A stretch of DNA of 64,000 nucleotides. It comes from an uncultured Gemmatimonadota bacterium (lineage in GTDB: Bacteria; SM23-81; DAOVCL01). A program made the position numbers and the translations under genes. The DNA lies in the NCBI GenBank assembly GCA_964626665.1, contig CAZVGK010000001.1, positions 64,001 to 128,000 on the forward strand, given 5' to 3'. The notes under the pieces were generated by a model. It was not told the DNA's origin, did no database searches, and saw nothing but the letters and a program-made list of their open reading frames with translations. Position 1 is the stretch's first letter, and each line of letters opens with the position of its first letter. Shown one piece after another: positions 18,815 to 29,956 of this stretch.

Positions 18815-19821
18815 AAATAAAAGAAGCAATAAAAAAAATTATTGAACTGAATGACCTAACCCAGCAGGAAGCCTTTGAGGTCGCAATAGAGATTATGAGT
18901 GGTGGTGCAACAGACGCCCAGATAGCTGCTCTGCTTACAGCATTGAGAATGAAAGGTGAAACAATAGACGAGATAACTGGATTTGTCAGGGCAATGAGAG
19001 ATAAGGTAACCCCTATTGAATGTAGTTCTAAAGATCTTGTTGACACCTGTGGCACAGGCGGTGATAGGTCCGGAACATTTAATATCTCAACACTCTCTGC
19101 GTTCGTCGCAGCCGGCGCTGGCTGTAGGGTGGCAAAACATGGAAACCGGTCTGTATCCAGTAGATGTGGAAGTGCTGACCTTCTTAAAGCTCTGGGTGTA
19201 AATATTGAGATTACACCAAAAAGAATGGTAAGCTGTATTGATGAGACAGGTATCGGTTTTTTGTTTGCACCAATTCTACACAAAGCTATGAAATACGCAA
19301 TAGGGCCAAGGAGAGAAGTTGGAGTGAGAACAATTTTTAATATACTTGGTCCCCTTACCAATCCTGCAGGTGCAAGGCGGCAGCTTTTAGGGTTATTTAG
19401 CGATGAACTTACAGAGCCCATCGCAAATGTGTTAAAGAAACTTGGTTCTGAACACTGCCTAGTAGTTCATGGTGAGGATGGACTTGATGAGATAACCATA
19501 ACAGGGAAGACATTCGTGAAGGAATTACGTAATGGGGTGGTGGAGAGTTACTGCATAGAACCAGAAGATTTTGGAATTCAAAAGGGAACAATTGATGATA
19601 TTAGGGGTGGCGATGTAAACGATAATGTTAGGATTGCTCTGGATATTCTCAATGGTGGCAAGGGACCTAAGAGAGATATAACGGTTTTTAATGCCGGTGC
19701 AGCCATCTATGTAGGTGGTAAGGCAGCATCGCTTGCAGAAGGTATCGAACTTGCAAAGGAATCAATAGATTCTGGCAAGGCAATTGAGAAACTCCAGATG
19801 CTGAGGGAAATGACGCGATGA
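18811..19821 (+). CDS. trpD: Anthranilate phosphoribosyltransferase
   Basis: DTCGTGGD..FNIST, KHGNRSVSS..GSAD. Confidence 0.97.
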   Translation: MKIKEAIKKIIELNDLTQQEAFEVAIEIMSGGATDAQIAALLTALRMKGETIDEITGFVRAMRDKVTPIECSSKDLVDTCGTGGDRSGTFNISTLSAFVAAGAGCRVAKHGNRSVSSRCGSADLLKALGVNIEITPKRMVSCIDETGIGFLFAPILHKAMKYAIGPRREVGVRTIFNILGPLTNPAGARRQLLGLFSDELTEPIANVLKKLGSEHCLVVHGEDGLDEITITGKTFVKELRNGVVESYCIEPEDFGIQKGTIDDIRGGDVNDNVRIALDILNGGKGPKRDITVFNAGAAIYVGGKAASLAEGIELAKESIDSGKAIEKLQMLREMTR

Positions 19822-20591
19822 ATTTACTGAAAAGAATAGTTTCATACAAAAGAGAAGAAGTGAAGAAGAGAAAAAGCATTGTTTCCGTTGGAACTCTTAA
19901 AAGTGGAAATTTCCCAAAAGTGAGAGATTTCAAATCAGTGCTTGAAAAAGAAGGTATATCAATAATTGCCGAAATAAAGCGGATGTCCCCCTCAGCAGGT
20001 ATTATAAGAGAGGATTTTGACCCTACCCAAATGGCAAGAACATATGAAGAGAATGGGGCAAGTGCCATTTCAGTGCTTACAGACAGAAAATTCTTTGGTG
20101 GTAGTATTGATTATGTAATTGCGGTTAAGAACGAGGTGAATCTGCCCGTATTAAGAAAAGAGTTTATCATTGATGAGTATCAGATTTATGAATCACGCTA
20201 CATTGGTGCTGATGCAGTTCTCCTTATTGCAAGGATATTGACTTCTGCTGAACTGGGCAGGTTCATTTCGATAGCAAAAGAATTGGGACTGGCATGCCTT
20301 GTTGAGGTTCATACACGGAATGAACTTGAAGAGGTTTTATCAACAATCACAGAGATAATAGGAATAAACAACAGAAACCTTGATACACTTCAGATTGATA
20401 TTAAAACTTCACTTGAATTGAAGAAGATGACCCCAGAAGGGTATATTACTGTGAGTGAAAGCGGGATAAAAACAAGAGAGGATGTCCTAAAACTTCAAGA
20501 AGCTGGCTTTGATGCTATACTTGTTGGTGAAACACTTATGCGGACAAAAAATTTAGGAAATAAACTTAAAGAACTTTTGGGAGAAGTATAG
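19818..20591 (+). CDS. trpC: Indole-3-glycerol phosphate synthase
   Basis: IIAEIKRMSPS, SVLTD, GINNRNL, VSESGI. Confidence 0.97.
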   Translation: MNLLKRIVSYKREEVKKRKSIVSVGTLKSGNFPKVRDFKSVLEKEGISIIAEIKRMSPSAGIIREDFDPTQMARTYEENGASAISVLTDRKFFGGSIDYVIAVKNEVNLPVLRKEFIIDEYQIYESRYIGADAVLLIARILTSAELGRFISIAKELGLACLVEVHTRNELEEVLSTITEIIGINNRNLDTLQIDIKTSLELKKMTPEGYITVSESGIKTREDVLKLQEAGFDAILVGETLMRTKNLGNKLKELLGEV

Positions 20592-21674
20592 ATGGAAATC
20601 CTTGATGAATTGAGAAAAAAGGTGAGCGAGATTGATAGAGAGATTATAAAGTTGATAGCAAAGAGGCTCGAAATTACAAAAAAGATCGGTAAAAAGAAAA
20701 AGGAGGAAGGTATACCTTTGCGAAACTGGGAGATAGAGAAAGCAGTAATTGAAAATGCAACAGAATTTGCTGCTGAATTAGGGATATCTCCTGCTCTTAT
20801 CAAATCACTTATGCAGCAACTTATAACGGAATCCCGTATACAGCAGGAGATACTTCATTACTCTGCCTACAAAGGGGATAAAGAGAATGTTCTGATTATT
20901 GGTGGATTAGGAGAGATGGGCAAATGGTTTTCGTATTTCTTCCAGAATCAGGGCCATAATGTATCGATTTATGACATCAAAGGCGAATCAGAGGATTTTA
21001 AATCATACGGAAGTCTGGAAGAGGGGATTGAGGAAGCATCATTTACTCTTATTGCCACATCACTTGAGGTAGTTCCGGAGATAATAAACAAAATAACAGA
21101 ACTGGGGTTCAAAGGTATTGTATTTGATATAGCAAGCTTGAAAGGACATTTAGAGGATTCTATCAAAAGGGCAACTGATAAGAGAATTTCCATTACCAGC
21201 ATTCATCCTATGTTTGGTTCAAATGTACGAACACTTTCCGATAAGGTAATTTGCCTCTGTGATTGCGGAGATAAGGAAGCAAATCAGAAAGTTGAATTTC
21301 TCTTCAAAGGCACAGCCGCATCGATTGTGAAACTATCGCTTGAGGAGCATGATCGTGTTATTTCTTTTGTGCTGGGACTTTCTCACATAATAAATATCAT
21401 ATTTATGAAGGTACTCATGGAGGGAGGCTATAAGTACGACGAATTGAAGAAGATTGCAAGTACTACCTTCCTTTCTCAAATGGTAACTGCAACCAGTGTA
21501 ATTAAGGAGAATCCACATCTCTATTATGAAATACAAAAATACAATCCATTTAAAGGAGACTTATACGAAAAGTTAAAAGAAGCTACAAAATCAATTACCG
21601 ATATTGTCTCATCAGCAAACAAGCCAGAGTTCATAGAAATCATGGAAAAAGGTAAGTATTGGTTAGGAGAATGA
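20592..21674 (+). CDS. tyrA: Chorismate mutase / prephenate dehydrogenase fusion
   Basis: N-terminal mutase LRKKVSEIDREII; IIGGLGEMG, DIASLK, HPMFG. Confidence 0.92.
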   Translation: MEILDELRKKVSEIDREIIKLIAKRLEITKKIGKKKKEEGIPLRNWEIEKAVIENATEFAAELGISPALIKSLMQQLITESRIQQEILHYSAYKGDKENVLIIGGLGEMGKWFSYFFQNQGHNVSIYDIKGESEDFKSYGSLEEGIEEASFTLIATSLEVVPEIINKITELGFKGIVFDIASLKGHLEDSIKRATDKRISITSIHPMFGSNVRTLSDKVICLCDCGDKEANQKVEFLFKGTAASIVKLSLEEHDRVISFVLGLSHIINIIFMKVLMEGGYKYDELKKIASTTFLSQMVTATSVIKENPHLYYEIQKYNPFKGDLYEKLKEATKSITDIVSSANKPEFIEIMEKGKYWLGE

Positions 21675-22273
21675 TGACAAAGATAAAGATATGTGGTGTA
21701 ACAAATATTGAGGATGCAATGATGATTGCTGAACTCGGTGCAGATGCCTTGGGCTTTGTTTTTGCTCCATCAAAGAGAAGGATAAGCCCGCAGGATGCAA
21801 AAGAAATTATAAAAAGACTTCCACCATTCGTCACAACCGTTGGTGTATATATGGACGCAGAGATTGATGAGGTAAATCAGGTAACCGAATACACTGGGAT
21901 AGATGTTATTCAACTTCATGGAAATGAGCCACCGACCCATTGCGATAGGCTCAAAAAGAAGGTAATAAAAAGAATCTCGGTATGTGATAATGATACTACT
22001 GAGATGCTTATTTCAAGGATGGAAAGATACCGAGTTCCTGCCTATCTTTTGGACCCTGGGGCAGGCAGTGGTAAGGTATTTAATTGGGAAAAAGCAGTGG
22101 GTATTGATTTACCTCTTATCATTGCGGGAGGACTTACCCCGGATAATGTAAAAACTGTTGTACGATTGTTAAAGCCTTACGGGGTGGACGTCTCTTCAGG
22201 AGTAGAACAGTTTCCTGGTAAGAAGAATAAACAAAAGGTGAAAAGATTTATAGAGGAGGTGAGGTCTTGTTGA
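21671..22273 (+). CDS. trpF: Phosphoribosylanthranilate isomerase
   Basis: KICG, QLHGNE, AGGLTPDNV, VDVSSGVE. Confidence 0.96.
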   Translation: MMTKIKICGVTNIEDAMMIAELGADALGFVFAPSKRRISPQDAKEIIKRLPPFVTTVGVYMDAEIDEVNQVTEYTGIDVIQLHGNEPPTHCDRLKKKVIKRISVCDNDTTEMLISRMERYRVPAYLLDPGAGSGKVFNWEKAVGIDLPLIIAGGLTPDNVKTVVRLLKPYGVDVSSGVEQFPGKKNKQKVKRFIEEVRSC

Positions 22274-23043
22274 TTACAGGAATAATAGGTTATCCCTTAG
22301 AGACTACGCTTTCACCCAAGATGCATAATGCAGCATTTAAGGAATTGGGAATAGATGGTGTTTATCTTCGCTTGCCTGTTTTAAAAGAAAGGTTGAAAGA
22401 GGCAACGCTGGGTCTTCGTGCGCTCGGTTTCAGGGGAGTGAATGTAACAGTTCCTCACAAAGAGACTATAGTGGAATATCTTGATGATACTACAGAGGAG
22501 GTGAAAAGGGTTGGTGCTGTGAATACGATCTTGATAGAGGATTATAAACTTATCGGGCACAACACAGACATATATGGATTTAAGGAGTCTTTGATGGAAT
22601 ATAAAATTGATATCACAGATAAAGATCTTCTAATTGTAGGGGCAGGTGGTGCTGCCCGTGCCTGTGCTCATGTAATAAATTCGATGAAACCAAAGAGGTT
22701 CATCATTACAGATAAGATTCTTGAAAGAGCAGAGGTCGTTTCAAATTTATTTGATGCAGAAATAATTGAGCCTGCTGAAATTGAGAATATTATTCCTGAA
22801 ATGGATATTGTAATAAATGCAACCCCCATAGACTTTCAAGAAATGATATTACCAGTTATGAAACGAGGAGCTGTCTACTACGACGTAAATTATAAATTTA
22901 GAAAGTTAAAAGGAAGGGATATTAAGATGATAAATGGACTTTTGATGCTTGTACTTCAGGGTGCGCAATCTTTCCATTTATGGACGGGAAGGGAAGCACC
23001 AATAGAGGTAATGAAAAATATGGTAGGGTTTGAAAATGATTAG
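22267..23043 (+). CDS. aroE: Shikimate dehydrogenase
   Basis: LSPKMHN, NVTVPHK, GAVNT, GAGGAA. Confidence 0.95.
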   Translation: MLITGIIGYPLETTLSPKMHNAAFKELGIDGVYLRLPVLKERLKEATLGLRALGFRGVNVTVPHKETIVEYLDDTTEEVKRVGAVNTILIEDYKLIGHNTDIYGFKESLMEYKIDITDKDLLIVGAGGAARACAHVINSMKPKRFIITDKILERAEVVSNLFDAEIIEPAEIENIIPEMDIVINATPIDFQEMILPVMKRGAVYYDVNYKFRKLKGRDIKMINGLLMLVLQGAQSFHLWTGREAPIEVMKNMVGFEND

Positions 23044-24178
23044 ATGGTTGACTTCGGGTGAATCGCACGGAAAGGGATTGTCTGTTATCATCGAGGGATT
23101 ACCTGCTGGTATACCCGTGGATGTTGAATTCATCAACGATGAACTTCTGCGAAGGCAGAAAGGATATGGTCGTGGAAAGCGGATGACAATAGAAAAGGAT
23201 CGCGTGGAAGTATTGTCCGGGGTGAGATACGGAAAGACTATCGGTTCCCCTGTTAGTCTGTTTATTAGTAATAAAGATTATGAAAACTGGAAGGATATTA
23301 TGAAAATAGAGCCTGGCAAAGAGACTGATAAGGTGACCTCTCCCAGGCCAGGGCATGCCGACCTTGCAGGAGTGCTGAAGTATGGCTTGGATGATATAAG
23401 AAATGTGATTGAGCATGCCTCTGCAAGGGAGACTGCGGCAAGAGTTGCAGCAGGTGCAATTCTTAAATTGTTTTTAAAAGAGTTTAAGATCGAATTTTAC
23501 TCCCATACAATTGCAATCGGTGGTATAAGCATAAATGAGAGAAAAAGAGAAATTGATAAATTAGAGAATACACCACTGCGGTGTATGGATCCAGAGAAAG
23601 AAAAAGAGATGATCAAACTTATTGATGAGGCAAAAAGTAGAGGCGATTCGATCGGCGGAATAAGTGAGGTTGTCGCCCTTGGTGTTTGCCCCGGGCTTGG
23701 AAGTTACTCTCATTACGATAAACGATTGGACGCAAGGATTGCTCATGCAATGCTTTCTATCCCGTCTGTGAAAGGTATTGAGATAGGTGAGGCCTTTGAG
23801 AATTCTAAAAGATTTGGATCGGATGTCCATGATGAAATATTCTACAGTGATGAAAAGGGTTTCTATCATAAAACAAACAGGGCTGGTGGAATAGAAGGTG
23901 GTGTCAGTAATGGTGGGGATATTGTTGTCCGCCTTGCAATAAAACCCATACCAACACTTAGAAAGCCTTTTCATTCGGTAGACATATTGACAAAAGAAGA
24001 GCGACTTGCCCAGAAGGAACGGGCTGATGTATGTGTCGTTCCTGCTGTGGGGGTGATTGGTGAGGCGATGCTCGCCTTTGTTATTTCCGATGCCTTCATT
24101 GAGAAATTCGGTGGGGACTGCCTCGATGATATAAAATCACACTATGATTTATATATGAAGAGGATAAGAGATGTCTGA
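23036..24178 (+). CDS. aroC: Chorismate synthase
   Basis: TSGESHG, PRPGHAD, SARETAAR, GGIEGG. Confidence 0.96.
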   Translation: MIRWLTSGESHGKGLSVIIEGLPAGIPVDVEFINDELLRRQKGYGRGKRMTIEKDRVEVLSGVRYGKTIGSPVSLFISNKDYENWKDIMKIEPGKETDKVTSPRPGHADLAGVLKYGLDDIRNVIEHASARETAARVAAGAILKLFLKEFKIEFYSHTIAIGGISINERKREIDKLENTPLRCMDPEKEKEMIKLIDEAKSRGDSIGGISEVVALGVCPGLGSYSHYDKRLDARIAHAMLSIPSVKGIEIGEAFENSKRFGSDVHDEIFYSDEKGFYHKTNRAGGIEGGVSNGGDIVVRLAIKPIPTLRKPFHSVDILTKEERLAQKERADVCVVPAVGVIGEAMLAFVISDAFIEKFGGDCLDDIKSHYDLYMKRIRDV

Positions 24179-25757
24179 TAATATAATTCTTATTGGATTT
24201 ATGGGAACAGGAAAGGATGTTGTTGGGAAGCAGATCGCAAGAAAAACGGGAATGAGTTTTCTTTCAGTTGATGAATTCATAGAGCTGAGGGAGAATAAAA
24301 CGATAAGCAGGATATTTGAGGAATCTGGTGAAGGGTATTTCAGGAGGTTAGAAAAAGAGGCGGTTCTGGCAATAAAGGATTTGAAGAATACAGTTGTAGC
24401 AACTGGGGGAGGAATTGTTATTGATGAGGAAAATCGGCGGCTTCTTTCTAAAATGGGTACAGTAATTCATCTTGAAGCAAAACTGGATCTCATTGAAGAA
24501 AGACTCAGAGATGATTTTAATCGTCCACTGATACAGGATAAAAAGAACATAAAGAGAATATTTAAAGAAAGGAAGGGTATATACGATTTTGCAGAACTAA
24601 AAATTGATACATCATTTAAGAATCCCCATGAGATTGCAGATGAAATAATCCAAAAAGGAAATGTAAGAAAGAGAGACAGGAACTTCCCACTTGATACAAT
24701 CGTTGTGAAATCAGAATTAAAAAACTATCCTGTTCATGTTGGATCGGGCATTCTTACAAGCAATAAAAATTTCATTAGACTGCTGGATCTGAATACCAAT
24801 AGAACAATAGTGATTACCAATCCACTTGTGGGCGCTTTATATCTACAGTCTATTGAGGATGCCCTTAATGAGAACAAAGTCAATCCCATTCACTTTATCG
24901 TACCTGATGGAGAGGAGTATAAGACATTAGAGATGGCTACCCGTATCTATGATTTTCTCTTGGAAAATAAGGTAACTAGATCAGAGCCAATAATTGCCCT
25001 TGGTGGCGGTGTAATAGGAGATCTTGCTGGTTTTGTTGCCGCTACATACAAGAGGGGAGTACCTCTCATCCAGATTCCGACAACACTACTTGCCCAGGTC
25101 GATGCATCTATTGGTGGTAAGACTGGTGTTGACCATAAACTGGGGAAGAATATGATTGGAGCCTTCTATCAACCCGATTCGGTAATTACCGATGTGGCCG
25201 TGCTCTTAAGTCTTTCAGAGAGGGAATTTAGAAATGGTCTGGCAGAGGTGATAAAATACGGAATTATAAAGGATCAAAAACTCTTTTCTTTGCTTGAAAA
25301 AAAGCATAACGAAATTTTAGACCGTGATATCAATATCCTTACTGAAATTATATCGAGGTGTATACAGATAAAGAGAAAAATTGTACAAGAGGATGAAAGG
25401 GAGGAGAAGGGCATAAGGGAGATTTTGAACTATGGGCATACAATAGGCCATATTATTGAGACGCTCACGGGTTATTCACAATACAGGCATGGTGAGGCAG
25501 TAGCAATTGGTATGGTTGAGGAAGCCAGAATGGCCGTGAGGAACGGCGTTTTGGAGGAAGAGGATTTAAAAAGGTTATCAGAGCTGATTTCATCATACGG
25601 GTTGCCTGTGGAGATACCCGAGTCCATAAGTAGGAATGATGTAAGGGGAAAGATACTTCAGGACAAGAAGGTCAGGCATGGAGAAATAAGAATGCCCATT
25701 CCTGAAGGGATAGGAAGAGTTGTCTTAAGGGAGGTACGATGCGAAACATTGTTGTAA
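24171..25757 (+). CDS. aroKB: Shikimate kinase / 3-dehydroquinate synthase fusion
   Basis: GFMGTGK..ATGGG, then GGGVIGD, PTTLLAQVD, LNYGHT, HGEAV. Confidence 0.95.
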   Translation: MSDNIILIGFMGTGKDVVGKQIARKTGMSFLSVDEFIELRENKTISRIFEESGEGYFRRLEKEAVLAIKDLKNTVVATGGGIVIDEENRRLLSKMGTVIHLEAKLDLIEERLRDDFNRPLIQDKKNIKRIFKERKGIYDFAELKIDTSFKNPHEIADEIIQKGNVRKRDRNFPLDTIVVKSELKNYPVHVGSGILTSNKNFIRLLDLNTNRTIVITNPLVGALYLQSIEDALNENKVNPIHFIVPDGEEYKTLEMATRIYDFLLENKVTRSEPIIALGGGVIGDLAGFVAATYKRGVPLIQIPTTLLAQVDASIGGKTGVDHKLGKNMIGAFYQPDSVITDVAVLLSLSEREFRNGLAEVIKYGIIKDQKLFSLLEKKHNEILDRDINILTEIISRCIQIKRKIVQEDEREEKGIREILNYGHTIGHIIETLTGYSQYRHGEAVAIGMVEEARMAVRNGVLEEEDLKRLSELISSYGLPVEIPESISRNDVRGKILQDKKVRHGEIRMPIPEGIGRVVLREVRCETLL

Positions 25758-26176
25758 TACATGGACCAAATCTTAATCTTCTAGGGAAGCGAAAACCAGA
25801 GGTATACGGGACCCTGACTCTTGATGAGTTGAACAGGAAGATAGAAGCCTTTTCCGAAGAGAAGAATATCGTGGTGCATATCATTCAGTCCAACAGTGAG
25901 GGCGATATCATCGGCGCGATTCATGATGCTGGTGGTACTCACGGAATAGTGATCAACCCTGGCGGGTATACCCACACCTCGGTTGCCATCAGGGATGCTG
26001 TGGAAGCTGTTGGGGTTCCGGTTGTGGAGGTTCACATCAGCAATATCTATGCGAGGGAAGCGTTCAGGCAGAAATCTGTGATTGCTCCGGTTTGCATCGG
26101 ACAGATAACAGGACTGGGCTGGGTTGGTTACCTATTGGCAATTGAATACCTTATGAAAATGAGTGAGGGAAAATGA
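25739..26176 (+). CDS. aroQ: Type II 3-dehydroquinate dehydratase
   Basis: [25 protein letters not shown]. Confidence 0.96.
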   Translation: MRNIVVIHGPNLNLLGKRKPEVYGTLTLDELNRKIEAFSEEKNIVVHIIQSNSEGDIIGAIHDAGGTHGIVINPGGYTHTSVAIRDAVEAVGVPVVEVHISNIYAREAFRQKSVIAPVCIGQITGLGWVGYLLAIEYLMKMSEGK

Positions 26177-27354
26177 GAACGAACTTACCCGATGAAAGAG
26201 GTTATTTCGGAAAGTTCGGCGGCAGGTACGTCCCTGAAACGTTGATGACTGCCCTTGATGAATTAGAAAAGGCATACCTGTCGATGCGGGATGATCCGGA
26301 ATTCAAGAAGACGTTCGATTATTATCTTCGTGAATACGCAGGTAGACCGTCCCCATTGTACTCTGCTCGTAGACTCACAAGAGAACTTGGTGGTGCCAAG
26401 ATCTACCTGAAGCGCGAAGACCTCATGCACACGGGCGCGCACAAGATTAACAATACGATTGGTCAGGTTCTTCTTGCAGAGAGGACGGGAAAGAAAAGAA
26501 TCATTGCTGAGACGGGTGCAGGTCAGCATGGCGTCGCTACTGCCACTGCCTGTGCCTTATTTGGACTTGAATGTTCCGTTTACATGGGCACTGAGGACAT
26601 AGAAAGACAGAAAATGAATGTATTCAGGATGGAACTCCTTGGTGCTAAGGTTATACCTGTTGATTCAGGTTCCAGAACCCTCAAGGATGCAATAAACGAA
26701 GCTATAAGGGATTGGGTAACAAATGTCACCACTACCTATTATTGTATCGGCTCTGTGGTTGGACCTCATCCTTACCCTATGATGGTGCGTGATTTTCAAT
26801 CTATAATAGGAAAGGAGACAAAGGAACAGATACTGGGAAAAGAAGGCAGACTGCCCGATCTACTTATTGCTTGTGTTGGGGGCGGCAGCAATGCCATTGG
26901 ATTGTTTTATCCGTTCATAGATGATGATGTCAAAATGGTCGGTGTGGAGGGGGGAGGAGCAGGGTTGGATACCCGAAAGCATGCAGCCACATTGTGCAGG
27001 GGTAGCATTGGCGTTCTCCACGGTTCTATGAGTTATTTGCTCCAGGATGAAAACGGACAGATACTTCCAACACACTCGGTTGCTCCTGGATTAGATTATC
27101 CTGGTGTGGGCCCAGAACATGCTTATCTTAAAAATACCAATAGGATAGAATATACGTTTGCTACAGATGAGGAGACCCTCGAAGCATTTAGAATACTCTC
27201 AGAGACAGAGGGGATAATACCTGCACTTGAAAGTGCACACGCCGTCGCATATACGCTTAAAGTTGCCAGGAATATGCCAGAGGATAAGATAATCGTGGTA
27301 AATCTTTCTGGCCGGGGAGACAAGGACTTAGAAATTGTGGAGGGTGTGATATGA
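26173..27354 (+). CDS. trpB: Tryptophan synthase beta chain
   Basis: [29 protein letters not shown]. Confidence 0.98.
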   Translation: MRTNLPDERGYFGKFGGRYVPETLMTALDELEKAYLSMRDDPEFKKTFDYYLREYAGRPSPLYSARRLTRELGGAKIYLKREDLMHTGAHKINNTIGQVLLAERTGKKRIIAETGAGQHGVATATACALFGLECSVYMGTEDIERQKMNVFRMELLGAKVIPVDSGSRTLKDAINEAIRDWVTNVTTTYYCIGSVVGPHPYPMMVRDFQSIIGKETKEQILGKEGRLPDLLIACVGGGSNAIGLFYPFIDDDVKMVGVEGGGAGLDTRKHAATLCRGSIGVLHGSMSYLLQDENGQILPTHSVAPGLDYPGVGPEHAYLKNTNRIEYTFATDEETLEAFRILSETEGIIPALESAHAVAYTLKVARNMPEDKIIVVNLSGRGDKDLEIVEGVI

Positions 27355-28118
27355 GAATAAGGGAAACGTTTGATATCCTTAACCAGGCCGGAGAGATGTT
27401 ATTTATACCTTATATCACTGCTGGCTATCCTTCACTTGAGGAGTCAATAAACATTTTCCGTATGCTCTGCGAGTACGGTGCAGACATAATAGAAATAGGT
27501 GTTCCTTTCTCTGATCCTATTGCAGATGGTCCGACGATTCAGTATTCGTCGCAGATTGCCCTACAAAATGGCGTGACACTGAAAAAATTGATGGGCAGGT
27601 TGAGGGACGTGAAGATAGACAAGCCATTGATACTTATGTCCTATCTGAACCCATTACTGGCGTATGGAAAAGAAAATCTCTATAGAGATATGAAGGAAAT
27701 CGGTCTGTCAGGAATAATTGTTCCTGATATGCCTGCTGAGGAATCTGACGAATGGCTCTCTCTATCAAAGGCTTATGATATTGATATTATTTTTCTCGTT
27801 GCCCCCACATCCTCTGATGAGAGGATAAGATTTATTGCTGAACGGTCTTGCGGTTTTATATATTGCGTTAGTATCACAGGAACAACAGGAATGAGGGATG
27901 AATTACCAGGCGGGCTTTTAAGATTTATCAGGAAAATCAAGAAACTAACAGATGTGCCCGTTGCAGTTGGTTTTGGTATTTCAACACCTGAACAGATATT
28001 AACACTAAAAGGAGAGATAGATGGTGTTATTGTAGGAAGTAGAATAATAGAAGCCATAAGACGAGGAGAGAATTTAAAAGAAATTGTAGCGAAGTTGAAA
28101 AGTACAACAAGGAGGTAG
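27351..28118 (+). CDS. trpA: Tryptophan synthase alpha chain
   Basis: [26 protein letters not shown]. Confidence 0.97.
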   Translation: MRIRETFDILNQAGEMLFIPYITAGYPSLEESINIFRMLCEYGADIIEIGVPFSDPIADGPTIQYSSQIALQNGVTLKKLMGRLRDVKIDKPLILMSYLNPLLAYGKENLYRDMKEIGLSGIIVPDMPAEESDEWLSLSKAYDIDIIFLVAPTSSDERIRFIAERSCGFIYCVSITGTTGMRDELPGGLLRFIRKIKKLTDVPVAVGFGISTPEQILTLKGEIDGVIVGSRIIEAIRRGENLKEIVAKLKSTTRR

Positions 28119-28120
28119 AT

Positions 28121-29134
28121 ATGTTAGTAGTAATGCATAAAGATGCAACTAAAGAACAGATTGATAAGGTTAGCAATGTAATAAAAGAGATGGGGCTTAA
28201 AGCCCATCCTATCCCTGGTGCGCAGAGAGTTGCCATCGGAATAACAGGGAATAAGGAAATGGTAGACACTAACAGGATTGAAGGACTTCCTGGTGTAGTA
28301 AATATAATCCATGTTACCCAACCATTTAAGCTTGCAAATAGAGAGTTTCATCCTGAAGATACAATTGTCTCTGTTGATGGGAAATTTATTGGTGAAAAAG
28401 AGATTGCAATTATCGCAGGGCCTTGTGCTGTAGAGTCTGAAGAAAGTCTGTTAGAGATTGCAGAATTAGTTAAGGAAGCAGGGGCAAAATTCTTACGCGG
28501 CGGTGCGTTTAAACCAAGGAGCTCCCCATATAGTTTCCAAGGATTAGGAGAGAAGGGTTTAGAAATCTTGGCAAAGGCGCGTGAGCGCACAGGGCTCTCG
28601 ATAGTTACCGAGGTACTTTCCGAAGTGGATGTTCCCCTTGTATCACAATATGCAGATATCTTTCAGATAGGAGCCAGGAGTATGCAAAATTTTCCCTTAC
28701 TTAAGACAGTCGGTAGATTCCCAAAGCCGGTATTGCTTAAAAGGGGGATGTCGGCAACAATTGAGGAGTTGCTAATGTCGGCTGAGTATATCTTATCTGA
28801 GGGAAATCCCAATGTGATCCTGTGCGAAAGAGGAATCAGGACTTTTGAGAAATATACAAGAAATACATTGGATATTAGCACAGTTCCGGTGATTGACCGC
28901 TTGAGCCATCTACCCATTATTATCGATCCGAGCCATGCCTCTGGGAATTGGAGATACGTTAGCGCCCTTTCGAGGGCTGCGATTGCGGCGGGGGCCGATG
29001 GCCTGTTGATAGAAGTTCATACCAACCCTCCGGGTGCGCTTTCGGACGGGAAGCAGTCTCTGAAACCTGAAAGGTTTAATCAATTGATGGGAGAGATTAA
29101 AAAGATTGCAGCGGCAATAGGGAGGAAGGTATGA
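28121..29134 (+). CDS. aroF: DAHP synthase (class I-beta, with N-terminal regulatory domain)
   Basis: [29 protein letters not shown]. Confidence 0.96.
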   Translation: MLVVMHKDATKEQIDKVSNVIKEMGLKAHPIPGAQRVAIGITGNKEMVDTNRIEGLPGVVNIIHVTQPFKLANREFHPEDTIVSVDGKFIGEKEIAIIAGPCAVESEESLLEIAELVKEAGAKFLRGGAFKPRSSPYSFQGLGEKGLEILAKARERTGLSIVTEVLSEVDVPLVSQYADIFQIGARSMQNFPLLKTVGRFPKPVLLKRGMSATIEELLMSAEYILSEGNPNVILCERGIRTFEKYTRNTLDISTVPVIDRLSHLPIIIDPSHASGNWRYVSALSRAAIAAGADGLLIEVHTNPPGALSDGKQSLKPERFNQLMGEIKKIAAAIGRKV

Positions 29135-29952
29135 AGAGAGTTTTTTATCAGGGAGAGAGGGGATGTTTCAGTGAACTTGCTGCTGAGAAGTTCTTTGATA
29201 GCCCAATAGAGGGAATCGGGGTGCCCACATTTGAGGCCGTGTTCGAAGCAGTGAAAAATGAAAGAGATGGTTATGGAATCATTCCCATCGAAAACGCTCT
29301 GACGGGAAGTATTCATCAGAATTACGATCTTCTCCTGAAGTATGATCTCTGGATTGTCGGAGAGGTGAGGTTGAAGATTACATTCAACCTGTTGGCTCAT
29401 CCAGGAGTTCGTTTGCCATCGATAAATGAAGTCTGGTCTCATCCCGTGGCCCTTGATCAATGCAAGGAATTCTTCACGCGTCATCCTGAATACAAAATTG
29501 TTCCGGTTTATGATACTGCAGGAGCGGCAAAAATTCTTCAGAAAGAGAAGAGAACCGATGTAGGTATTCTTGCGGGTCCCCAGGTTGCCAAACTTTATGG
29601 GCTTGAAACACTTGAACAGAGGGTCGAAGATAATCCCCAGAATTTTACACGATTCCTCATTCTCTCAGGTGAAAAGAAAATCTGTACGGGTCAAGATGTC
29701 AAGACCTCTCTTGTCTTCGGAGTCAAGAATGCCCCAGGTATTCTCTTCAAGTGTTTGAGCATTTTTGCGTTAAGAAATATCGACCTCACAAAATTGGAAT
29801 CCAGGCCCATCATCGGAAAACCCTGGGAATATCTATTTTATATTGATCTGAAAGGGAGTATTGAAGATGAAAGTTGTAAGGGCGCAGTGGAGAACTTTCG
29901 TGAGGTCGTTGCCTATTTGAGAATTTTAGGGAGTTACGAACTGAAGTGGTGA
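29131..29952 (+). CDS. pheA: Prephenate dehydratase
   Basis: [17 protein letters not shown] (ACT domain). Confidence 0.95.
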   Translation: MKRVFYQGERGCFSELAAEKFFDSPIEGIGVPTFEAVFEAVKNERDGYGIIPIENALTGSIHQNYDLLLKYDLWIVGEVRLKITFNLLAHPGVRLPSINEVWSHPVALDQCKEFFTRHPEYKIVPVYDTAGAAKILQKEKRTDVGILAGPQVAKLYGLETLEQRVEDNPQNFTRFLILSGEKKICTGQDVKTSLVFGVKNAPGILFKCLSIFALRNIDLTKLESRPIIGKPWEYLFYIDLKGSIEDESCKGAVENFREVVAYLRILGSYELKW

Positions 29953-29956
29953 CGGT